Shown: piece by piece, positions 37,878-56,758 of the stretch
Layout of the letters: every line of letters starts with the position of its first letter
Numbering within the stretch: the stretch's first letter is position 1
Assembly (NCBI GenBank): GCA_965644295.1
Contig: CBFFRP010000188.1
Location: 1 to 64,000, forward strand
DNA from: Paraphysomonas bandaiensis
Taxonomy: Eukaryota; Protista; Chrysophyceae
Length of the DNA: 64,000 nt
Reading direction: 5' to 3'
Notes under the pieces: model-generated
Databases searched by the model: none
What the model was told of the DNA's origin: nothing
What the model saw: only the letters and a program-made list of their open reading frames with translations
Position numbers and translations under genes: made by a program

Positions 37878-40317
37878 TCACACAGGGCTGGAAGGGCGGA
37901 CGCTAGCAATTTTTTCAGACAGTTTAGTCATTAAAGGATGATCATCCCCTAGTGAAGGTGCTAACTGACAACGTACTTTGTCATAGTGCTCATAGGCGAC
38001 ATTGGCTTGATTGAGCTTTGCAAAAATATCACCTTTGCGTACAATAGCACTTGCCGTTTCCATACTGTCTTCTCCATATACATCTGTACATAGTGTCTGG
38101 ACATCTTGAAGCAAGCTCAGTACTCTATCGTATTGCTCAAGACAAGTGTACTCATTCACAAGGTCGGCATAGCATTGTAGTAGCTTGTATTTCATGTCAG
38201 GCAGAGAGGAATAACATCTGCGCGAACATTCAAAAGCCTCGGCGGCCTCCTCGTGCTTCCCAAGGGCACGCAGTACGTCTCCCATGAAATAGTTTAATGC
38301 TGCCACTTCACTTCGAGGGGGAGAGTTCAAAAGTGTAAGGGCAGATAAAGAATTCTTGTAGCTCTCTACCGCATCGTCTAACCGCCCCATAGACTTGTAC
38401 AATTCAGCCATATTAGAGTATACCCTCGATACATCACGCTTTCGCCAAGCACATTCGGTGAATGATACAAGTGCTTTTTGATGATACTCAACAGCTTGAA
38501 GATACTCTTTCTTCATTCCATACGCTACAGCCAAATTGTTATAGGCATCACCAACGTATACGTGAGTCTCCCCAAAGCATTGTATTCGTGTAGAGAGAGC
38601 TTTTTGACCATAAGATATGGCGTCCTCTAGCCTTCCTGTCAACCTACATACCTCCGCCAAATTCATATACGTACTAGCTACAGTGGGATGATCATTTCCG
38701 AGAACCTTTAGCAAGATTCCTTGGCAATTTTCAAATTCTGATAACGACTCCTCGTAACGCCCCATTGCTTGATACACCATCGCTATATTATTATACGATG
38801 TAGCTACGTCAGGGTGGTTTGGGCCCAGAGTCGAAAGGCGAATATCAAGACATTTTGAGTTATATATTTCAGCCTCTTTTAGTCGCCCTTCATGGCGACA
38901 AGCCTCAGCACAGTTTCCATAAAGCGAAGCAACTGAGGGGTCTCGCTCCCCACAAGCTTTAACAATAACGTCCATAGCCTTCTCGAAGTTCGAAATAGCC
39001 AGTGAAAAATTTCCACGATGTACATAGACTAAGCCAATATTGTTGTATGAATACCCTACCCACAAATGTTCACTTCCAAGTGAGGCAATATTCTCTAATA
39101 GGGCTTTCGTTGCGTAGTCCATACCATCCTCTAAGTGACCGTGTGCTGTACACAGTGCTGATAGGTCATTATACACTCCCCCTAAAGCCGGAGAATTTTC
39201 AGCACATTGCTCAAATAGTATACGTGCTTGCGTGTAGGATCCCTGTGCACTATATGTTCCTGCCAATGCTAGTCGGCGACGATAAATATCTAGCTCTGAT
39301 AAACCGGTGGAATTTAGACTTTTCTCAATGACACCGGCTACCCAAGACCGCAGTCGCGACAAAATCATGGCATTGACTCTATCCATACCCACATGAGCTT
39401 TAACGACTTCAAATATCTGTGCTTTATCAGAAGGATTAAATGATTCGCTTCGCGAGACATCTATAGCAGACAGCATTTTCAGGTACCCACTGAAGTCGGA
39501 GGTAATGGACTTAACAAACGCCTCTGTTTCGCCCTGACTTAATGCGACATCAAACACACTATTCGTAAATATTGCAGAGTATATCTCAAACAGACACCTG
39601 CATAAACAAGTGTTAGTAGCGTCACATGAACCCGAATTGTGCCGGTGTGTATATATATTTCGTAATGAACAAATAGTAAGGTTGCATGCGTACCATGCTC
39701 TAGTGAAGGGAATGGGGTTATTCCATGGGGCAAGGACCATGACGACATGCCCAAACTGGCGGATAGCAGACATAAAAGTTGTGCTCCACCAATCAAAGTC
39801 AAGGGATACCGCTAAATGCTGAGAATAATATTCTTAAAATGTTTCCATTGTAGTTTTGCACTTGGCATACCTGATTGTTGCTGAAGAGGTCAAACCATAA
39901 CACTGTGTTCGGTGCACTTGAAAAGTGAACACATAGTGCGTTAATTACATCTAAAAATAAAAATTTCCAAGCATGGGATATGAATACATCAGCTACTCCC
40001 ACTTCGGGATTGCCACTTTCCGATATCATATCACAGTAAGATTGTCGTGTTGATGCCGTTGCAGGCATTAAAAATCGAATATTTACATCGGTTGTGCTTA
40101 GGCCCACAAATTCATTTTCACCACCACATTTTTCAATAAACTCTTTCATTCCTTTTATTGTAATACCGTTCTTAGGAAACGGGACAGTTTCTTTCTTACT
40201 GTATTTCTCAGTGTGGACTTTAACAGCATGCTGGAGATTATCATTTACTAAGTTCTGAATATATGATCCGCCTTCTGAACTATTATGATACTGATCAATG
40301 GACCCAGTTGCACCCAT
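37878..40317 (-). CDS. HET/TIR-like N-terminal domain plus kinesin-light-chain-type TPR array; 3 exons
   Basis: VFISHAW, LWFDLFSNNQ|H and TRAW|CLFE after removing introns 39819-39870 and 39598-39693; repeats such as LGPNHPDVATSYNNIAMVY. Confidence 0.85.
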
Positions 40318-40893
40318 ATGATCTTACTATGATTAGATATAATTGATAAGTGTGTTGATTTGTATATGGCTTCTAGAGGTTGGAATGATCATGAATGCAG
40401 TGCACTAGTTGATTAGATAAGATAACACATCACTGTACAATACTGGGAAAATGTTTCAATCATACATATCTGTCTATTCGTCTTGATATAAAGAAGTTAT
40501 TATGTTTTAATGTATCTATCAGTGATACTATGGATATATATGTATGTACATGTATGCTGTGTGAGTATCATATCAGGCAACAGATGCGGTGGCGGCTTTC
40601 ATTGTATTCCAGTATATACAATGCATGTGCCGTTATATTTCCTAATTTTTATGATTGTAAAGTTGATCATACAGAAAATACCTACAATTTTATCTTAAGA
40701 TATCGAAATAAGCATAGTTTTCATATGACGACCTGGAAATATTGTGGGTTTTTACTGTTGCCTGTTCAGAGTGATGTTCACTGCACCACTCTCACTCTAT
40801 ATATCACAACTATCCAGCAGTAACTATTACTGGAATCAAACGACTGGGGTAATTTCTTCTATCAAAGACCAGTTAACTAATCCCGTTTATCTA

Positions 40894-41652
40894 ATGTCAA
40901 CATCAGTTCGTTCTGATCAAGATGAACAACCTCAAAAGTCTCCACAATATACACAATTTGACGACTTGGCTTTCAATATGCTAACTTACTTAGAGACATT
41001 CGATGAAGTGTGTGACATTGAGTTTGTTTCTCATGATGGTCTTCAGTCTGTTGAGTTCAACATATGGGAGCGTAAGAACAACCCGATTGAGCTACCTTGG
41101 GATATGAAGGGGTTCTATGAGTTGTTCAATGGTTTCGTGTTGCGTTGGAAAGTATTATACATTGATCAAGAAATCACCGTAGGCGAAATAAAATTAAACA
41201 AAATTGAAAATATTGCATCCATTCCAATGCAAGGGCATTTCATGCCTGCAGATGTTTCAGGGCTGAAAATATTACCACCCGATCTAAAGTCTAGCGTTGC
41301 TTTCTCGTTTGCCAGCTCCGAGGAGGGCCAGGTAGTTTTATTGTACAGAAATTCAACAGAACCTAATGGAACAGGCGGAAGAGATCGAGGCTTTGATGAT
41401 GAAGTTAAGGATAAGGGATCAAATCACGCTCCGCCTGAGATCTGGTTTATTGACTGCTCTTGCCGATGGCATTTCGTGTGCTTTACATTCACGCAGTACT
41501 TACGTTTGTGCATCATGCATCTTGGTATTCAAGGATGGCATATGATATTCACTCCTGAAGGAATCACAATGAATACAAGGCAGTGGATGGGTATGTTTTG
41601 CAAAGAGAGACTTTGTGTGTACCAACATGCAATATCAAGTGGTAGTGCTTGA
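40894..41652 (+). CDS. TPGS2: Tubulin polyglutamylase complex subunit 2 (SMI1/KNR4 fold)
   Basis: WERKNN...LPWDMKGFY...NGFVLRW and EIWFID...WHF...FTQYLRL...HLGIQGW...FTPEG; first ATG at 40894. Confidence 0.85.
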   Translation: MSTSVRSDQDEQPQKSPQYTQFDDLAFNMLTYLETFDEVCDIEFVSHDGLQSVEFNIWERKNNPIELPWDMKGFYELFNGFVLRWKVLYIDQEITVGEIKLNKIENIASIPMQGHFMPADVSGLKILPPDLKSSVAFSFASSEEGQVVLLYRNSTEPNGTGGRDRGFDDEVKDKGSNHAPPEIWFIDCSCRWHFVCFTFTQYLRLCIMHLGIQGWHMIFTPEGITMNTRQWMGMFCKERLCVYQHAISSGSA

Positions 41653-42120
41653 TGTTTGCATTGTAGTCTATCTGTAATTCATTATCGTGAAACAGTGCAT
41701 TAATATAGTATGTAATTTTGTATATTTTATCTCATGCTGAAGTGGTGTCTTTCGCTGATATTCTTTTCATTGTCAAAGTTATAATGTTCTTGGACGTAAT
41801 GCAGTGAAATGAATTTCAATGCAATTCTTTTCATAGATAAAAACACGAGAATATCATTTCTTATTTCTATATATCTAAAACTAATAGAACATAATTCAAA
41901 TTCACATATGAGTAAAACTATACGTATAAAAGATTCGACGGTGACCATTTCAGAAAATGATGCACTAGTCCATAGTCCACGATCTCACTCTCATTTGGGA
42001 GTAGAATATAGAATATAATTAACTAAAGTTTCAGGCAATAGAGAGTGGCAAACTTCATATTCACAACTATAAAACAGAGCTCTATATTTCAATCGGTGAC
42101 AAGTGTACAGATAGCTTCAA

Positions 42121-42823
42121 TCATGAACAAAAAAGTGCACACTCCATAAATTTCAGCGCTCGTAATATCAGCCAATCAGACGAATAGTTGTGAATACGAA
42201 GTAAACACTTATTCGACACAACGGGAAATTCTAAGTTCCACTAATAAAAACAGTCATGCTAAAACATATGACGTACATATCATACATACCTCGCGTTCGA
42301 TAAATTTGTCTGTATCGCCGGTTTCGATTTTCGCAGAACATATATTAATTTTGGTTGGCATGCGAGCCATATCACTACAATCTTCAAGAGCGGCATCAAA
42401 TGATGACCCCAACGATTCTATTCGAAACGAATGTATAATGCACGCACTCCTAAACTCAATTACCACATATGATTCAAACTCTGCTGATACCCATATTGAC
42501 GCATCATTGTTGACTAAATTAGAAGGGCGACAATAGGGATCCCATGTGCTTGCCCCAATAACTAAACACCCGGTAACTTGACGACAGCCGCTATCCCTCA
42601 ATAGTGGCATCAACTTCTCTGACTTCAATATTGCTTGTTTAATTTCGTAGTCATAAGAACTAGAAAGCGGCATAACAAACGCTGCCTCTAGTAATTTTAC
42701 CAAACGAGCATAGCTCACCTCACCACTATTCAATCTATTAAATAGAATACCAATTTGTTGAACAAATTCATCAACTGTAGGCTCTTTAGAGTTCATAACT
42801 GCATGAATTAGTAAATCCTTCAC
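42121..42823 (-). CDS. Hypothetical protein, possibly with a galactose-binding-like beta-sandwich C-terminus; start codon unresolved
   Basis: 189-codon ORF plus a last exon WNLEFPVVSNKCLLRIHNYSSDWLILRALKF; motif PSNLV...SIWVS...YVVIEF. Confidence 0.5.
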
Positions 42824-43414
42824 GTCTTCATCTCACCTTTAAACTAGAGGCATGTAATACAACTCATAGATGCTATGCACATGATGTAGAGTCCTCTCGT
42901 TACGACAAAGCATTAGGATAACTATAGCATGTTTCTTTTTCAATATTCATCACTGAGAATGCAATGCAGTCAACTTAGAGAGAGTCCATTGGAAGGAGAT
43001 GCCTTAAGTTGTATATACTGAAGCACTCTCAGTACTCAGCAGTACACAATACATTCCTGTGATAGCAAAAAATCCCAAGTTTTTATTATGAAGATAGGCC
43101 GAAAACTGTGCTTTTTAGCTTCCACTGGGCTAGATTTCAAGATTTGGCCTGAAATTTCATCAGGTTTGTCTGCTTTTTTCTGGTCCGAATAAAGACGGTG
43201 TAGAACAGCTGGAGTGTATAGTGGTTGTTTCCATCAATGAAATAACTTGTTTCCTAATTTACCACTGCTCATTGGCTATTATTTCCATCGAAGTGTATAT
43301 ATGTGTATGTATGTAGTCATGCAGCCTATATATATGTATATATGTACAGTATATATTCATATTCTAGAGAGATATACACACAACTATCTCTATTTAACAC
43401 CCATATAGACCACA

Positions 43415-45841
43415 ATGGCAACTAACTACAATAAATGGGATTCATACAACACTGATCTTGAGACTTCTAAATTAGAACAACAATGGGAAATAGAAACAGT
43501 AACAGAGAGTATCAATACAGCCCAGAAACGCTTTCAATGTCAATTAGATCATATCAAGAAAAAATCTAAACAAACAATTGATTCACTTCGTTCAAAAGTA
43601 TTATGATTATATAAGAATGATGATATGTGTTTATTATGGGATTGATAGGCTGCTGTAGAGGCACTGAAAGCAAAGAGTCGAAGAAGACGAAACAATCAGT
43701 CTGTTAATGAGGTCATTCATAGTTATTTATTATTAATTTGTATGGATGTTAAGTGTGTGTTTTATAGAATTCTGATAATCAAAGTGAAGTGAAGTTGCCG
43801 TCTGTGCAACTTGCTGATGCGATGGATTCATTGGTGGCAACAATATCTACAATCCTTGAAATCAATACCGCCACCGCTCAAACACTCCATGTACAACCAT
43901 CCTCAGTCCTATATATCCCTTATACTGATGTTATTTATAGTCTGGAAGTTATATGTTGGCCTATGAGAAGGGACTCGACTTGCTGTGGAGGTTACCTAGT
44001 CTGGAGGATTCACTTAATGTTGTAGCTGATATATCTCAATCCAACGAGAACATGACTGCAGACGACATCATAAATGGTATCCGTTTCACAATATGAAAAG
44101 CATATCTACTATTGCATGTTGTGCCTAGTATATGTGTTGCTATATGAATGAAGGTGCGTTACTTTTCCGACAACTTCATGACATTTTTCTGCATAAAGAG
44201 ATAAAGGAGGCCTTACCACGGGTCATTGCCAGCGCGACTGCAGCAGTAGCCATAAGTGCGGTGGAGTGTCGTGAATACGCTGTGGCTGCCGATCTTTCTC
44301 GTTGTTATATCAAGCTCTTTACTGCGTCCAAAGATTCTGCTGCCCCAGATTGGCACAAAGAAAAGGCTCTTGCTGTGGCCATGTGGCTGAGCAGAGGTCG
44401 GGCTTTTGTTGGTCTAGGTGAAAACTTGTAATAAACTTACATATTTGTCTGTTTTAATGAGAATTTTAGGTTTGCCTTACATGGCCCATATGCACTTCCG
44501 TCAGGTAAAGCTCCTCCATCCCTCGTTCCCGGGGATAGATGACATTTTGAAGCATTTAGAGGACGACGAAGTGAAGTATGCGATGCGTGTGAACACGATT
44601 CCGTTGCAGGTAATTATCACGACCGTGCAATCGTCTTTAGTACTAGATGTCAGTATTTGCATACAAAATCGATATTGTTTTGTGTGAAGTGGTGTGATGC
44701 TCAACCGTAACCTGGATACAGGGCATGTTGCACTGTGAGTATAGACTACTGATGAGCACTGTACAACCATGTGAAGTGGACAACAATTCAACGAAGAAAG
44801 GGCTTCACATGTACTCGGCAGAGCACCTTATCACGAACATGAGTCGTTGTTTTGGGGTGTTTCTAGATGACACTGCCAGTGACAGGAGCATATCTCACGA
44901 GAGTGATTTACATATGGAAAAGAGCGATGTGCATACCTCCTCCACGGTTTCCGATGACCGTACATGCAATAGTCTTTGCCATCAAATGAGAATGTTAATG
45001 TCAGAAAGTGGAGCCGAGTCTGATCATGTGCTGAAATACCATACACTTATTAGGAGATGCTTTTACGCCGCACAGGTGCTCTAATATATGTGTTTGATGC
45101 AACTGATGTTTGCATGCATTGGTTTATATTCATACGAGTGTACTGTGGGCACGATTTTGATTGTCAAATATTTTTAGGTACTTTATCTTGAAGGTTTGTC
45201 ACGTGCCGCAGAGGTCAAGTACTGGCTTACGACATGTCTTCTTCATTCTTGTCTTACCGCCTCGACTGCCCCCTCTTCAATTGCCGCGCCTCTTCCAAGT
45301 GAATCCGACACTGGCGGCAAGTATTACCGCACCATGCTGGCCTGTTGCCTTCTTAATATTGCTACATGTCGAGTCAAGCAGCCAACGCATCAATTTCGTC
45401 ACACTATCGACATAGCCACGGATAGTATGTCTGCTGACAGCATCAATATACCCTACCTAATGACACTTTCCCCGGAGGAACTGTGTGACGCGTCGATTGC
45501 CATTGTTAACGACCCTTTGGCACATGTTAGAAAAGCCCTTATACTCAGTGAACTTAAGAGGTATTAAAACGTATGTGTAAAGAATCTGTTTGACACGTTG
45601 ACGCAGATTCGATGCAAGTCGTGCTGCTCTAGAAGTCACGGGCTACTTGCTTGAAGATACCAACATCACAACTTCATCGTATATTGTTGACCACGGAGAG
45701 GCGACTATATTCAGTCAGCGATACATTGTTGGGGCTACACAGCCCCTACCATTCATGGAACCAAGATCGCAGCAGTTTGTCAGCAATAGGATCTATGCTT
45801 TTATGACGTCATTTGAATCAAAGGTCAAGCGTTATTTGTAG
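43415..45841 (+). CDS. Hypothetical multi-exon helical/TPR-like protein
   Basis: Starts MATNYNKWDSY; a chain of short ORFs bounded by GT-AG; TPR-like segments MWLSRGRAFVGLG and LAHVRKALILSELKR. Confidence 0.65.
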
Positions 45842-46188
45842 TCCACCGAAACCTGACCGATTTGTAGCAATTGTGAAATTCTATATGTAGCTATAGTTTA
45901 TTCTTTAATCTATTCTGGTGTATGCGATAGCGCCGTTTTAGGTATCACGAAGAGTGTTGGTATATACTGACACACAAAGTTGATTTCTAACCACTATTCT
46001 ACAAGTAAAAGTTGTATGACCGTTAAAACACCCGCAGTTACTAGGCCTGCGACTATGTTACTCCGACATTGTATTCGTTAATATAATATAGTAACCGAAG
46101 TATATTTGTATAAATGCATGCAGTAGTCGTATGTCAGGAATCAGGAACATGTATGCCATGGAGTTGTAATACAAGTGATAGCATAAAT

Positions 46189-46315
46189 CAGAGCGTGGTA
46201 AACGTTAATGGCCCATTAACCATTAACGGGTGCCCAGTTCCCCGCAATTATAAAATATGTTCCCACAATTAGTAGAATGGCATTACCATTAATGGTATCT
46301 AGTTTCTAGGCCCTG
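46189..46315. mobile_element. Degenerate hAT-like MITE (related fragment inverted at 56354-56415)
   Basis: Right end TTTCTAGGCCCTG; imperfect 8-bp flanks GCATAAAT/GTATACAT; internal GGGTGCCCAGTTCCCCGCAATTA is reverse-complement homologous to ~56375-56397. Confidence 0.55.
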
Positions 46316-46660
46316 GTATACATGCGACGGAAATATTGGTACGTTGAAACCATAGAGTTAAAATAATGTCGAATATGTTATATGTTACACATCAATGGGC
46401 ATAAGTAACTCGGCCTTTGATAATGATCAATATCATTAAATTGCGACAATATATTAGTCTCCTTATCTCCTTATACCATTATGGAAACATCATAGCAGTA
46501 TTTAATACATTGTAATATCAAAACCGGAAACAGTAATCACATCAGAAACTTTGATAACGTAAGACAAAACTCGGCGGTGCAGATACAAATTCTAACATAA
46601 CTACATCAAAAAGATCCCAGATCTATCCGTCAGAGAAAATAGTTATGTTAATCAAAAGAT

Positions 46661-51007
<4,347 letters not shown>

Positions 51008-51569
51008 TATAATTAATATCAGACTATCTGGAATAGTCAAGAGATGAGTAGAGATGGAGATATTATCATAGGATGGTATTGTTATGTGTATGTGAGGGGG
51101 ATTTGAGAGTATGAGAGCTTTCATTGACCGCCCTGCCCTGTCTGAGTACTCTCGGCTGTGTATCCGGACTAGACTAGACTAGATACAGCAGAGTACGCTA
51201 CAGAGTAGATGTACACGTGGAGCATATGTACCGGAATACTTCTGTGAATGTATGTCTATACGTACATACAGTACAGCAGTAGGACATATATATACACAAT
51301 GTATTATACCATCATATACCTATACACACATGTTCCCATAAAATCTTAAAACGACATTTTCAGGCGATGATTGGACAGATCTAAATAGAAATGTGTGACA
51401 CACAGTGCCTGTACTCACCACAACTCTACATACATACACATACATACATACATACATACATACACACACATCCCGCTCCTATCACCATATCATCATGTAT
51501 ATACACATATATCGTGAGTGTGCAGTGTAATTATCAGACATATTATTCATATTCAATTAAAAGAATAGT

Positions 51570-54009
<2,440 letters not shown>

Positions 54010-54930
54010 TCCAGTGATGTGTTTTCTGGCTAGCTAGCATTATACTGCTTCGCTCTTGTTGTTATATTCTGAGAGCAAAGAGTAATACGAATATGTAAGA
54101 CCAAATTTAGTTACGCTGTAGTTGGCTGAAATACTTGACGTAGTCTTCTCAAGCTCCAGTAGCCAGCAGGCATTCGCGAGGAATGTTCTGTGTCATCTCA
54201 ATCCCCATTACTCCAGAAAATAATATGCATTGTAAACCTGTTATTTTAAAATAATACGCTGTCACAAACGTGCAGTAAGTGAGTGAGCAAGCATGCACTG
54301 CAGAAAAAAATTAATACATTAAATGAAACGCTTTAGGGGCGATGAAAATACACATGCAATTGATCTGCCATTTACTTTAGATTACATCGTCTAAGAGTCG
54401 AATGAATACTATTCATTATTCGTGATAAAAATTGTACAGACTTTGAAAAATTCATCATCATAGCATGCTAATGCAAGGACTGATGCAATTCTTTCTTCTG
54501 GTATGAAAGTCATTATTTAGCAATCGTCAAGTATAGATGAAAACTAGTCAAAGCTATATAGATGATAGACTTCTACCTGAAACTAACTAGTGCAAATTCT
54601 AATATCCGTCTTCTGTACTCTGTATCATCATTTCACTCCTGTTTCACAGTTACATAGCTATGCAGCATCGTTGACTACAATATACTGTTTCTCACACTGT
54701 CCTTAGTATATAGTACGTCAATACATCATTATCATAGAGTATCATACATAAAAGGTTTACACTCCTTCGATTACAAAGTATCTACAGTTATGCCTTACAA
54801 CTGCACGGCTTTCATTCGTGCATAATATATTAGTTTATTGCTACAAGTAAGTATATATGTTATAAAATAAGAGCTACGCACATAACTATATGTCTTTATA
54901 TTATATATGTAATCGTATACCATACATTTT

Positions 54931-55045
54931 GTAGTAGGGAATGTCTTATTATTAGCAATGTAGGCGTTTAAAAGTCAGTGCTTAACTCTGAAATCCTACG
55001 AAAGCTGCGTGTGCGTCACCGCAAGCACCAAGGTGCAACCAGTTT
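54931..55045 (-). mobile_element. Short 3'-end copy of the LINE-like family, abutting a hAT relic
   Basis: GAATGTCTTATTATTAGCAATGTAGGCG...GTGCGTCACCGCAAGCACCAAGGTGCAACC, with internal deletions. Confidence 0.8.
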
Positions 55046-55833
55046 TGTACAAAAAGATTGTTGACAGAAACAAACTGAGCACTTACTGCCAGTTGAAAAA
55101 CGCAAGCAAGCTGCGAAAGAATAAACTACCACCTGCTAAGCTAAAGAGCATCATCTATCTGTATGATATAGTCGAGAGGTATAAGGAATTATTCACTCAT
55201 ATTTGCGTAGGTGGTGTTTTGATGACGTGTTGAGGTAAACCCCAAGCGAAGTGGATCATGACAGGAATCGTAGGAGTGCTTTTGTCTCTTTAGAGAGGTT
55301 TAACATTGTCTGTAAACTTTTGCAACAAGGTGAAGAATAACAGCCTGACCTAGATTATGTCCGGGTGCAATTTGATGATTTGATTCGTCAGTACCTTGGG
55401 ATGAAACTCTACCTGGGTGCAGACGGGGACATTGTTCAAAATTCAGATTTCAAAAACGAAGTAGTCAAAATTCAGTGTGGTAGAGTAAAGAAGAATTGCA
55501 CCGTGCTGAAAACACACAGGTGCGACACTTTTTGATAAATGATGTACCTGCGCACGAAGGTGACCTCCATGAAGAGAAAGATAGCGATGAGGAAGACAAG
55601 GCCATTGGTTTACATATAAGGACAACCTAAAGCGCAAGAAAGCGCGAGAAAAAATAAACTTCCAACACGATATCGTTGCATGAATCATTTTATAGCCCTA
55701 CCCTTATTTTTGCGGGGGGTTACTTAGAAGAGCTAAGATTATTATGACTGATTTTTGCAAGCGAAGGCCACCTAGACATCTCTCTATACATCTTAAAGCG
55801 TTAAAGTTTCTGCGTGCAAATTGGTATCTTTGA
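55046..55833 (+). pseudogene. Decayed hAT-like transposase (C-terminal half)
   Basis: Fragments KNASKLRK, LDYVRVQFDDLIRQYLGMKLYLGADGDIVQNSDFKNEVVKIQ and RAKIIMTDFCKRRPPRHL...LKFLRANWYL* resemble oomycete-type hAT transposases and the hAT dimerisation domain; stops and frameshifts. Confidence 0.7.
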
Positions 55834-55904
55834 TATGAGAGTGTAATTCAGAAAGTTATTCTAAATCCAACAACATAATTGCAACGCCAATAATTGGATA
55901 ATAT

Positions 55905-56262
55905 AATGCACCCTCAACAAAGTCGGACTCGTACTTTTTCGTGGTGTACAAGGGACAATAATTAGTGTCCCTTGTGTAGGCATCTTGGGGACGAATAAAA
56001 CAGTCATCCGGGAATGGGCCCACCTCAAGGGCATTCGGGGTATTGGGCTGCCTGATAAGTCACGCATACACGCTAATTCACCTTAAGAACAGAGAGCGAG
56101 AGTGGTTGCACCTTGGTGCTTGCGGTGACGCACAAGCAGTTTTCGTAGCGTTAAATATAATAGGATATCAGAGTTAAGCACTAGTTAGTTAAATAGTTTG
56201 GCTACATCAGTTCTGACTCTTACACGCCTATTGCACATTGCTAATAATCAGACATTCACTAC
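55905..56262 (+). mobile_element. LINE-like family copy (opposite orientation); extra 3' fragment at ~56450-56500
   Basis: TLNKVG...IREWAHLKGIRGIGLP...VVAPWCLR*, then a tail ending GACATTCACTAC; reverse-complement homologous to 27522-27985. Confidence 0.8.
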
Positions 56263-56758
56263 GTAATATAATGCAATATAGTTACAATTATTTTTGTTAA
56301 ATACCTGCCACCAATTAGTTGTCACATCAATCCTTACGCAAGCCTGCTGATGACCATTAATGATAATGCCACTATAATTGCGGGAACTGGGCACCCATTA
56401 ATGGGCCATTAGAGATTACCAGATACCAGGTCATATTAAGTTATTACATGTTCTGACTTTTACACGCCTATTGCAGCTAATAATAAGACAATCACTACTA
56501 TGTGTGTTGTTTATACTTTAGATAAGTCCTATTCAATCTCAATACCCCTCTCGGCTGATACGTACTATAATCTAATAACTAAAACTAGGAATATGTTATT
56601 GTCGATACTGAACCGATGGCTAGAACAGATTTCCATCCCTTTAATTCGATATCTAACCTTTGTCAAGTTCATTGCTAGGGACGCAATAAGTAATCACAAA
56701 GTAATACAGAACGTAAAAAGTATTCATAATCACTATTAGTTTAATGTGTATCACTATC

